Origin: an uncultured Gemmatimonadales bacterium
GTDB lineage: Bacteria; Gemmatimonadota; Gemmatimonadetes; Longimicrobiales; RSA9
Assembly: GCA_963798085.1 (NCBI GenBank)
Contig: CAWCRS010000009.1
Coordinates: 233,889 to 297,888, forward strand
Direction: 5' to 3'
DNA length: 64,000 bases
Below, piece by piece: positions 18,606 through 28,774 of this stretch; position 1 is the stretch's first letter; every line of letters starts with the position of its first letter. The translations under genes and the position numbers were made by a program. The notes below the pieces were generated by a model. The model had not been told where the DNA came from. It did no database searches and saw only the letters and a program-made list of their open reading frames with translations.

Positions 18606-21180
18606 TCAGTGCATCGTGGTTTCCTGCGAGGGCAGCCGGGTCTCGGGGAACACGAGTGATCCCTTCTCCAGACTCGCGCCGCGCAGGGCCAGCGCCAGCA
18701 CCTCGCCCAGATCGCGCACCGTGTGGAACTTCATCTGCGCGTGCACCTCGCGCGGCAGATCATCGAGATACGCCTCGTTGTCCTTGGGCAGAATGATTTC
18801 GCGGATCCCGGCACGGTAGGCGCCGAGCACTTTCTCCTTCAGCCCGCCGATGGGCAGCACGCGACCGGTGAGCGTGATTTCGCCGGTCATGGAAACGTCG
18901 CTGCGCACGGGTCGCGCCGACAACGCGGACACGATCGCCGTCGCCATTGTCACGCCCGCCGACGGACCATCCTTGGGAATGGCGCCGGCCGGCACGTGAA
19001 TGTGCAGCTCGACTGTCCTTCAGATTCTCCTCCGGAATGCCCAGCCGGTCGTAATGCGTCTTGGCGTACGTAAGCGCCGCACGCGCGGACTCCTTCATCA
19101 CGTCGCCCAGCTGTCCGGTGAGAATCAGTCCATCGCGGCCCTTGGCCACGCTGGCTTCGACGAACATGATGTCACCGCCCACGGGCGTGTAGAACATGCC
19201 TGTTGCGACGCCCACCATGTCTTCGCCCGCCGCCCGCTCCGGATGGACCCTCGCGCGGCCCAGCAGGTCATCCATGTCAGCTGGTCGATCGTCACGTGCT
19301 CCGACTTCGCCGGCCGCAATGCGACGCGCCGCCTTGCGCGCGACCTTGCCCAGCTCGCGCTCGAGTTGGCGCACGCCGGCTTCGCGCGTGTACTCACTGA
19401 TCACGGTCTCCAGGCGCCGTGTCCGTGACATCGATCTGCTCCTCACCCAGCCCGTTCTCATCGCGCTGGCGAGGAATCAGGTAACGGCGTGCGATCTCCT
19501 TCTTCTCCAGCTCGGTGTAGCCGGTGAACTCGACCGTCTCCATGCGGTCGAGCAGCGGCGCCGGGATCTGATCCCGGTAGTTCGCCGTGGCAATGAACAG
19601 CACCTCGGACAGATCGAACGGCAGACCGAGGTAATGGTCGACGAACGAGTGGTTCTGCGCCGGATCGAGCACCTCGAGCAGTGCCGCCGAGGGATCGCCC
19701 TGCAGACTGACACCGAGCTTGTCGACCTCGTCGAGCAGGAACACGGGATTCTTGGTGGCTGCCTGGCGCAGGCCCTGGATGATGCGGCCCGGCATGGCAC
19801 CCACGTAGGTACGCCGGTGTCCGCGGATGTCGGCTTCATCGCGCGCGCCGCCCAGGGCGATGCGCACGTACTTGCGCGAGAGCGCGCGCGCAATCGACTT
19901 GGCGATGGATGTCTTGCCCACACCCGGCGGTCCCACGAAGAGCAGGATCGGTCCGCGACCCACCGCCTTCGCCTTCGCGCGCACCTCGCTCTTGTGCGAC
20001 CTCCTTCACGCCCTCGCCCTTGCCGAACTCGTCCAGCGGACCAATCTCCTCGGCGCCGCCGTTCTTCGAACTTCGGCGGCGCGACACCTGCGTCTCTTCC
20101 TCCACTTCGACCTTCAGCTTCTCCTCTTCCGCAGCCTCCCTCGCCGCCCGCTCCATCTGGCAGCTTGCGCACGGCCAGGAACTCGAGAATGCGATCCTTC
20201 ACATCTTCGAGACCGTAATGGTCCTCCTCGAGGATGCGCTCGGCTTCGGGCAGATCGATCTTGTCTTCCGTGCGCTCGTTCCAGGGCAGCTCGGCGACCA
20301 GCTCGAGATACGTACGCACCACCTGGTATTCCGCGGACTGCGGGTTCGTGCGCCGCAGTCTGCCCAACTCGCGCTCGATCTCGGTCCTGGCTTCGGGCGG
20401 AAGCTCGAGGGAGTGCAGGCGCTCCTCCAGCTCCTCGATCTCGGAGCCTTCGTCCTCTTCACCCAGCTCTTTCTGAATCGCCTTCATCTGTTCGCGCAGC
20501 ACCATCTCGCGCTGCTTCTCGCCCAGCTCTTCCTGCACCTTCTGCTGGATCTCCTGCTGCGCCTCGAGGCGCACGAGATCGCGCTCCACGCCGACGAGCA
20601 CGCGGCGCATGCGCTCGGGCACGGGAAACAGCTCGAGCAGCTGCTGCTTCTCGCCCGCGGGCATGTCCAGATAGAAGGCGACGAGGTCCGCGAACGCGCC
20701 CGGCTCCTCGACACCCTGTACGATCTGCGCCAGCGCCTCGCGGGGCATGCCGCGACGCCGGCCCAGCTCGACCGCGCGCTCACGCAGCTCGCGATCGAGT
20801 GCGATCACCGCAGGCTCGTACGGCTTCGACGGCTCCTGCGGATCGATGACCCAGATGTCGGCCTCGAGCATGGAATCACCCTTGCGCGTGTACGTAAGGG
20901 CCTTCGCACGCTTTTCGCCGTGAATCAGTACCTGGAGTCCGCCCGTCGAGCGCTGCACCTGCACCACGCGCACGATCACACCCATTTCGTACAGCACTTC
21001 GGGAACGGCCTCGTCTACGTTCTCCCGCTGGCAGGCCGCGAACAGCAGGCGGTCGCCATCGAGCACTTTTTCGATTGCTTCCAGCGTGCCCGGCCGGCCG
21101 GCACTGATAGGAAGCGCCACGCCGGGGAACACGACGGTCTCCCGCATGGGGAGCACGGGCATTTTCAGTCGCTCAGCCAT
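18606..21180 (-). pseudogene. lon: ATP-dependent Lon protease, frame broken at about 20157, 19995, 19415 and 19013, plus a compensated pair at 19276-19308
   Basis: Five consecutive minus-strand ORF pieces. (1) LON N-domain MPVLPMRETVVFPGVALPI... (2) A charged insert. (3) AAA+ core [16 protein letters not shown]...FLLDEVDKL. (4) [19 protein letters not shown]...LTGQLGDVMKESA. (5) Protease domain [23 protein letters not shown]...[20 protein letters not shown]. All motifs are intact, and only the frame changes. Confidence 0.9.
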
Positions 21181-21498
21181 TGTTCTTCTTCAGTTGAAAG
21201 TCCGGTCCCGCCGACACGGCAGTATCCGGATGAGTCTCGACAGCAGGGAGCAGGAATCTTGCCATCCGCGGTGGCTTTTCTTTCACGCGTGTTATTGCTG
21301 GAGATGCACGCGGCGAGGCGCGAAGCCGGGTCGCCGCGGGTTCGAGCGTGAGGCTGGCTGCGCGTCGCGCACGGTGCCGAATGCCGGCCGATTTGGCAAG
21401 GATCGCCGCGCGACTGTCTGCGCGGCAGGCGAGCAGCGGCTCGCGATTCGTGCGGCCGTGAATCGTGACGCAGGAGCGGTCCGTGCAACCGCGCCGCG

Positions 21499-22266
21499 TC
21501 AGCGGATCAGATCGCCGATGCGACTCCAGCGGATGTGATTGAAGAGCGGAATCGGACCCAGTGCGTTACGGTCGTAGGAGAAGTAGAGCACGACGGCCTT
21601 GCCCTTCATCCACGACGGATCGACGAAGCCCCAGTAGCGCGAGTCGAGGCTCTCATCGCGGTTGTCGCCCATGACGAAGTACTTCCCCAGCGGCACGACG
21701 AGCGGGCCCCAGTTGTCGCGCGTGGGCTGATACGTGCGCGGATCGATGGTGTCCGCGAGGTAGCTCGACTGCCAGCCCATCCAGTTGGGTGCGGGTGCGT
21801 CGCCCGTCGGATCGGTGTGCCGCACATAGGGCTCGATTTGAGCCACGCCGTCGATCGATAACACACCGTCCTTCATCGACAGCGTGTCGCCCGGCATGCC
21901 GATGAGTCGCTTCACCAGATCGATCGGCTCGTGGTGCCCGCGGAACACGATGACATCACCGCGCTGCGGATGCGTGTAGCCGGGCAGATGCATGTGCGTG
22001 CCGGGAATGGTCGCGCCGTACGCCGACTTGCTGAGCACGAGGAAGTCACCCACCAGCAGGGTGTTTTCCATCGAACCCGATGTGATGGTGAAGGTCTGGA
22101 TCAGGAAGGTGCGCAGCACGAGGAACAGCACGAAGCCCATCGCCAGCGACTTGGTCCACTCCCACGCCACGTGCCCAATGGTTTGCCGTGCCCCCGCCGC
22201 GGGCGCCGGCTGTCCGGCCGACATTCTGCGTGCCGTGCTGACCCGCCTGCCGCGATTCGTCGCCAT
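21499..22266 (-). CDS. lepB: signal peptidase I
   Basis: Start taken at MATNRGRR (22266). Contains a TM segment, the catalytic-Ser box ITSGSMENTLLVGD, RGDVIVFR, KRLIGMPGD and YFVMGDNRDESLDSRYWGFV. Confidence 0.9.
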   Translation of the reverse strand: MATNRGRRVSTARRMSAGQPAPAAGARQTIGHVAWEWTKSLAMGFVLFLVLRTFLIQTFTITSGSMENTLLVGDFLVLSKSAYGATIPGTHMHLPGYTHPQRGDVIVFRGHHEPIDLVKRLIGMPGDTLSMKDGVLSIDGVAQIEPYVRHTDPTGDAPAPNWMGWQSSYLADTIDPRTYQPTRDNWGPLVVPLGKYFVMGDNRDESLDSRYWGFVDPSWMKGKAVVLYFSYDRNALGPIPLFNHIRWSRIGDLIR

Positions 22267-22465
22267 CCCGTGGCCTCGATCTGCTCTGGAACATGGTCGT
22301 ACGGTCCGCGACGAGCGGGCGCACGCGAAACGATACGCCATAATGCAGATGATGTTTCAAACGCGCGACGCGCAGCGCGATGCTCGGGGCGGGTTGCCTG
22401 CAATCGCGTGCGGGATGGCCAGGGCGGCGAATACGCGTGAATCGTTCCTGGCCTCGGGGGAAAAG

Positions 22466-22775
22466 GGTCAGAGGAGGGGGAGCGTTCAGGGGTCGAGCGC
22501 GGACAAGGGCACCCGTTCAGGGGAGAGGGCGGGGAGCTGTGGCCAGTTCAAATGAACCGTCCTGCTCTCGAGGATTCCGATTTACCCGAACGCAGCCGTG
22601 AGCTGTCGCTGCTTCTCGCATTGTCCGACACGGCGTGAGCAGAGGCGCGCGGGTGACGACTGCCGGCGGCGACGGAATCCGAGCGGGCGGAAAGTGCGGC
22701 CAGCGCACCCACCCCGACCCCTCAACGGGTGCCCGTGCCCGCGCTCGACCTCTGAACCCGACCGCTCCCCTGACC
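22466..22775. repeat. large imperfect inverted repeat (58-nt arms, ~194-nt loop)
   Basis: Arm 22466-22523 (ggtcagaggagggggagcgttcaggggtcgagcgcggacaagggcacccgttcagggg) matches the reverse complement of 22718-22775 at 49 of 58 positions by hand alignment. It lies in a 1.07-kb gene-free interval. Confidence 0.75.
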
Positions 22776-22822
22776 CCGGCCCCTGCGCAGCCGCCACCCA
22801 CCACCATCCAGAAGCCTGCCCG

Positions 22823-22863
22823 AAAAAAACGGGAGGCACCGCCGCGCCTGCGACGATGCCTCC
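22823..22863 (-). terminator. canonical intrinsic terminator with no annotated gene upstream
   Basis: The minus strand reads GGAGGCATCGTCG-CAGGCG-CGGCGGTGCCTCC, a 13-bp stem including two G.U pairs, followed by C G TTTTTTT. It is one of only two hairpin-plus-T-tract terminators I could find in the window. Confidence 0.7.
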
Positions 22864-23130
22864 ATCCCCCTTCTCCCCCACCAACTGTGCCGCATCATGC
22901 GGCGTGCCCACCATTTCCGAACCGAGGGGACACCGTCCTCGGGTGTCCGGCCTCATCACCGGCACGGCGCGCCGTTCTGGTCGGCGCCGCTCGCATGGAG
23001 CGTCTGTCCGTGTCGCCAGGCCCGCGTCGGCGAGGCATACTCCCGTTGGCTCGTGTCCGGACGCGGGTCATTACAAGACCGGTGCCGCTTCCTGCGTGAC
23101 CTGCGGCCAGACCCGGCGCGGGTCGCCTCC
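22864..23130 (-). ncRNA. candidate unannotated structured transcript ending at the 22823-22863 terminator
   Basis: This call is inferred from the orphan terminator, the absence of a plausible ORF, an AT-rich island at 23131-23170 that could hold its promoter, and several local hairpins (GGACACC..GGTGTCC, GCCGCAT.ATGCGGC, CCCGCGTC..GACGCGGG). The 5' end is unknown, and I could not match it to any RNA family by eye. Confidence 0.3.
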
Positions 23131-23170
23131 AGTATTTGTTAAGTAATTTGTATCAAACGATTTAACTGCA
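23131..23170. promoter_or_regulatory. AT-rich island, possible divergent promoter/operator region (hutU side and minus-strand transcript side)
   Basis: The sequence agtatttgttaagtaatttgtatcaaacgatttaactgca is far more AT-rich than its flanks. It lies 243 nt upstream of the hutU ATG and contains TTTG/TTGT motifs and a TTGATA on the minus strand. Confidence 0.3.
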
Positions 23171-23412
23171 TGCGACAACACGGATCCCGGGGCTGCTATG
23201 GCGATGCCGGAGCGGTTGCCAGAGCCTGCCGGCGGGCTTCGCGGCTGGCGTCGTGCAAATACCGTTGCAAAGCGCCATGAAATCCCGGTCCGGGTCCGGG
23301 TCAGCGCGGCACGGTGCCGCGGCGGCGCAGGCAACCGGCCGGGCGGCGGCGTTGCGATTCGGGGAGAGGCCAGCCATTCTCCGCCAACACCTCCTGCCGA
23401 GGAAGAACCGTC

Positions 23413-25074
<1,662 letters not shown>

Positions 25075-25087
25075 CCGTGACCCGACT

Positions 25088-25308
25088 GCGTTGCTGGTTG
25101 CTCGTTGCCGGGGCTGGTTGCCCGGGAACGAATTGAACGGATCCGGAGGCGTTGCTGGGGCTGGGGCTCGGGCTGGGGCTGGGGATTGCATCGTGCGCTT
25201 CGAACACGTGGTTAGGTTACCGTCCGGGCCCCAGAAGCGCGGGTTGATCTGATGAATCCCTTCCCGGGCAACCAGCCCCAGCAACCAGCAACCAGCAACC
25301 AGCAACGC
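25088..25308. repeat. inverted-repeat-bounded GC-rich element (family A) filling the hutU-hutF spacer
   Basis: The left arm gcgttgctggttgctcgttgccggggctggttgcccgggaa (25088-25128) matches the reverse complement of the right arm ttcccgggcaaccagccccagcaaccagcaaccagcaaccagcaacgc (25261-25308). Internally there is a (GCTGGG)n run at 25153-25185, and a (GCAACCA)n run lies in the right arm. Confidence 0.8.
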
Positions 25309-25340
25309 TGTCCGACAACGCTGAAAAGGCGAGACCCCGA

Positions 25341-26753
25341 GTGCAGGCCCTGATCCCCGATCTCCTCTACGTCGACGGGCGGTTCCGGCGGGATTTCGCG
25401 GTGGAGTTTTCGCCGACGACGGGGCTCATCACGCGGGTGGTGGAATCGAAGGAGCTGTTCGCCAACGGCGTCGCGGACGGCGGGCCCATGCTGCGCCTGC
25501 GCGATCGCGCGCTGCTGCCGGGCTTCGTGAACGCGCATTCGCACGCGTTCCAGCGCGTGATCCGCGGGAAAGGCCAGTGGCGGCCGGTGGATCGCGAGAA
25601 GTCCGACTTCTGGACGTGGCGTGAAGCCATGTACGGAGCGGCGCTGTCACTGACACCGGAGGATGTATTCGAGGTTTCGCGCTTCTGCTTCATCGAGATG
25701 CTGTGCGCGGGCTACACGACGGTGGGCGAGTTCCACTACCTGCACCGCGCGGAGGATGGGCAGCCGTACGACTCGCCCGGCGAGCTGGCGCACCGCGTGA
25801 TCGCCGCGGCGGAAGATGCGGGCATCCGCATCTGCCTGCTCAACACGGCGTACGCGTGCGGCGGCATTGGCCAGGCACTGCAGCCGGAGCAGCGGCGCTT
25901 CGCCACGCCCGATCTGGAAGCCTATCTCACGGACACGGTGGAGCTGGCGGACCTTGCGGGCAAGCGGCCGCTGGTAACCGTGGGTGTTGCGCCGCACAGC
26001 CTGCGCGCAGTTCCGAAAGCGTGGCTGGGGCCGATGCATTCGCTGGCGTTCGGTCTGGGCGCGCCGCTGCACATGCACGTGAGCGAGCAGCCGGCGGAAG
26101 TCAGCGCGTGTCTCGAGGTGTACGGTCGCCGTCCCATCGAACTGCTGGCCGAAAGCGGCATGATCGACCAGCACTTCACCGCGATTCACGCGACGCACCT
26201 CACCTTCCGCGAAGTCGAACTGCTGGGCACACCCGGCCCCACGGTATGCGCGTGTCCCAGCACGGAGCGTGATCTGGGCGACGGCTTTCTTCCCGGCAGA
26301 GAGCTGATCGAAGCGGGCGCGCGCATTGCGCTCGGCACGGACAGTCAGACGCTGATCGATCCGCTGGGCGAGATGCGGCTGCTCGAGTATCACGAGCGCC
26401 TGCGCCGCCAGCGGCGCACGGTGCTGACGCAGCCGGTGGGCAGCGCGCGCATGGAAGTGGCGCCCACACTTCTGGAAATGGGAACAGCCGCGGGCGCGCG
26501 CGCGTTGCATCTTCCGGCGGGCCGGATCGCGCGTGATGCGTGCGCGGACTTCGTCGCCATTGATCTGGGACATCGCGCGCTGGAGGGCTGGACGGACGAA
26601 AACCTGGATGCGTTTCTCGCGTTGTGCGCACCGCCGGATGTCGTAAGCGACGTGTGGGTGGGCGGACTGCAGCGCGTGCAGGGTGGCCGGCATCGCCTGG
26701 ACCGCGAGAGCGCTGCGGCGTTTCGCGGGGTAGCAGCACGTATTGCGGGTTGA
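25341..26753 (+). CDS. hutF: formimidoylglutamate deiminase (amidohydrolase superfamily)
   Basis: GTG at 25341. Contains LLPGFVNAHSHAFQRVIRG (HxH) and HVSEQ..E, with 470-aa colinearity to HutF/guanine-deaminase-like enzymes. Adjacent to hutU. Confidence 0.85.
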   Translation: MQALIPDLLYVDGRFRRDFAVEFSPTTGLITRVVESKELFANGVADGGPMLRLRDRALLPGFVNAHSHAFQRVIRGKGQWRPVDREKSDFWTWREAMYGAALSLTPEDVFEVSRFCFIEMLCAGYTTVGEFHYLHRAEDGQPYDSPGELAHRVIAAAEDAGIRICLLNTAYACGGIGQALQPEQRRFATPDLEAYLTDTVELADLAGKRPLVTVGVAPHSLRAVPKAWLGPMHSLAFGLGAPLHMHVSEQPAEVSACLEVYGRRPIELLAESGMIDQHFTAIHATHLTFREVELLGTPGPTVCACPSTERDLGDGFLPGRELIEAGARIALGTDSQTLIDPLGEMRLLEYHERLRRQRRTVLTQPVGSARMEVAPTLLEMGTAAGARALHLPAGRIARDACADFVAIDLGHRALEGWTDENLDAFLALCAPPDVVSDVWVGGLQRVQGGRHRLDRESAAAFRGVAARIAG

Positions 26754-26789
26754 AGTGTCGCTGGAATTTCTGTCACAGGTTGCCGCAAC

Positions 26790-27923
26790 ATGAGTGGATT
26801 CCGCCTCGGCTCCATTTTCGACTTCGAGATCCGCATCGACTTCTCGTGGTTCGTGATCTTCTTCCTCATCCTGTGGTCGTTCTCGACGGGCGTCTTTCCC
26901 GCACAGGTACCCGGTTACTCGCGCACGGTCTACCTGCTGATGGGGGGTGCGGGCGCGCTGCTCTTCTTCGCATCGCTGCTGGGCCATGAGCTGTCCCATT
27001 CGCTGATCGCGAAACGCAAGGGCATCGTCGTGGAAGGCATCACGCTGTTCATCTTCGGCGGCGTGGCGAGGACGCGATCGGAGGCGACGACGCCGGGCGA
27101 CGAGTTCGCGATTGCGGGTGTCGGCCCGCTGGCCAGCCTGATTATCGCCGCCGCGCTCTACGGCCTGTCCGTGCTGGGCGCGCGCGTCGGCATCAGCAGC
27201 GCCGTCAATGCGGTGCTCGAGTACCTGGCGCTGCTCAACCTGGTGCTCGCGATTTTCAACCTGCTGCCCGGTTTTCCGCTGGATGGCGGGCGCCTGTTCC
27301 GCGCCATCGTCTGGAAGCTGACGGGCAGCCTCGACCGGGCCACACGCGCGGCGACGGCGGGCGGACGACTGCTCGGATGGGCGCTCGTGCTCTGGGGCGC
27401 CGTGCAGGCGCTCTACCAGAACAACTGGGTAGGCGGCATCTGGCTCGTGTTCATCGGGTGGTACCTGCGCAATGCCGCGGTGGTGAGCTATCAGCAGCAT
27501 CGCATCCAGGATGTGCTTAGCGGGGTGAGCGCGGCGCAGACGATGTCGCCATCGCCGCAGACCGTGACGCCCGACATCACGCTGCAGCAGCTGATGGACG
27601 ACGTGTTCATGCGCAGCCGCTTCGTTGCGTTTCCCGTGGTCGAGGACGGCAGGCCCATAGGTCTGGTGACGCTGCATCAGCTGCGCGAGGTACCACGCGA
27701 CGAGTGGGCGTACGTGCAGGTTCGCCATGTCATGCTGCCGCTCGAGCCGCAGCTCGTCGTGAGTCCGGAAGAGAGCATGATGACCGTGATGGATCGGCTG
27801 CGCGCGTCGCCGGCCAGCCGCGTGCTGGTCATGTCGGACGGTCAACTCGTCGGCATCATTACGGCACGCGATGTGGCGCACTGGCTGGAACGCGCACGCC
27901 AGATACAGGATGTGCGTTCGTGA
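26790..27923 (+). CDS. site-2 (M50) metalloprotease with tandem CBS domains
   Basis: HELSHSLIAKRKG (HExxH) and NLLPGFPLDGGRLFRAIVW (the second metal-ligand motif). Multiple TM helices. The C-terminal CBS pair includes GLVTLHQLREV...GIITARDVAHWL. Confidence 0.9.
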   Translation: MSGFRLGSIFDFEIRIDFSWFVIFFLILWSFSTGVFPAQVPGYSRTVYLLMGGAGALLFFASLLGHELSHSLIAKRKGIVVEGITLFIFGGVARTRSEATTPGDEFAIAGVGPLASLIIAAALYGLSVLGARVGISSAVNAVLEYLALLNLVLAIFNLLPGFPLDGGRLFRAIVWKLTGSLDRATRAATAGGRLLGWALVLWGAVQALYQNNWVGGIWLVFIGWYLRNAAVVSYQQHRIQDVLSGVSAAQTMSPSPQTVTPDITLQQLMDDVFMRSRFVAFPVVEDGRPIGLVTLHQLREVPRDEWAYVQVRHVMLPLEPQLVVSPEESMMTVMDRLRASPASRVLVMSDGQLVGIITARDVAHWLERARQIQDVRS

Positions 27924-27946
27924 GCGACCGGTCGCGTCGAGCCGGC

Positions 27947-28774
27947 ATGTTCATTCCCGCAGCGCAGCTGCCGGATGGTTTCGTGGACCAGCTGCACGAG
28001 TCGAGCGCGCATCCGGTGCAGCCCAGGCCGGCGGCGACGGTCGTGCTCATGCGCGACGGCGAGGCGGGTCCCGAAGTGCTGCTCCAGCGGCGCACGCGCA
28101 ACGTGGGTTTCGTGCCGGGCGCCTGGGTCTTTCCTGGTGGGCGGGTCGACGCCGCGGATGGCGATCCCGCGCTCTGGACAGGTCAGAGCCCGCCGCTGGA
28201 ACCGGCACCGGAGTACTGGGCGGCCGCGCTGCGCGAGCTGTTCGAGGAAGCCGGTATCCTGCTGGCGCAGAACGAGCGCGGCGAGTACGCTCCTGACACA
28301 CGCGATGCCGCGATGAACGAGTCACGCGCCGCACTGCTCGCGAATCGCGTGACCCTGCACCGTGTACTGGAGGAGCGCCGACTGCGCATCGCACTCGAGC
28401 CGATGGTCTATTTTTCTCACTGGATCACACCGCTACCCGAGCCCCGTCGCTACGACACGCGTTTCTTCCTCGCCGCGCTGCCGCCTGGCCGCACGGCCAC
28501 GGCGAACGTGCATGAGACCAGCGCCAGCGCCTGGCTCACGCCGGCCGCCGCGCTGCAGCAGTTCGCCGATGGACGCCTGCCGATGGTGTTTCCCACGGTG
28601 CGCACGCTCGAGGGCCTGGCCGGATTCGCTCACGTAAACGCGGCGCTGCAGGCTCTGCGCGGCCGATCGGTGACACCGGTGCTGCCCCGGCTCGTGCGCA
28701 CCATCGAGGGCGTTTCGCTGCTGGTGGATGAGGCTTCTGCTGGAGGGAACGAGGAGGATCATGACGGAGCGTAG
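27947..28774 (+). CDS. NUDIX-family hydrolase
   Basis: MFIPAAQLPDGF... then VVLMRDGEAGPEVLLQRRTRNVGFVPGAWVFPGGRVD...AAALRELFEEAGILLA (Nudix box with an insert). An alternative GTG start at 27920 overlaps the M50 stop as GTGA. Confidence 0.75.
   Translation: MFIPAAQLPDGFVDQLHESSAHPVQPRPAATVVLMRDGEAGPEVLLQRRTRNVGFVPGAWVFPGGRVDAADGDPALWTGQSPPLEPAPEYWAAALRELFEEAGILLAQNERGEYAPDTRDAAMNESRAALLANRVTLHRVLEERRLRIALEPMVYFSHWITPLPEPRRYDTRFFLAALPPGRTATANVHETSASAWLTPAAALQQFADGRLPMVFPTVRTLEGLAGFAHVNAALQALRGRSVTPVLPRLVRTIEGVSLLVDEASAGGNEEDHDGA

Noticed and set aside
22342-23412. ORFs in the 1.07-kb gap (22598..23146 plus, 22635..23099 plus, 22582..22965 minus, 23071..23334 minus) considered as protein-coding genes.
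   Set aside because: The translations are Arg/Pro/Gly/Ala-rich and low in complexity. They run straight through a strong terminator hairpin and the 58-nt inverted-repeat arms, and I recognise no domain. The region is treated as non-coding, with the caveat that indels could be masking a small gene.
25647-27881. Very long ORFs antisense to annotated genes. Examples: 25647..27881 minus (744 aa), 28536..30743 minus (735 aa), 16871..18592 minus (573 aa), 42190..43563 minus, 43960..45294 minus, 9282..9908 plus.
   Set aside because: Their composition is typical of GC-rich shadow frames (Arg/His/Gly/Asp/Val-rich with few Lys, Asn, Phe or Tyr). They contain no recognisable domains. The opposite strand in each case encodes a full-length protein with clear family motifs and high third-position GC.
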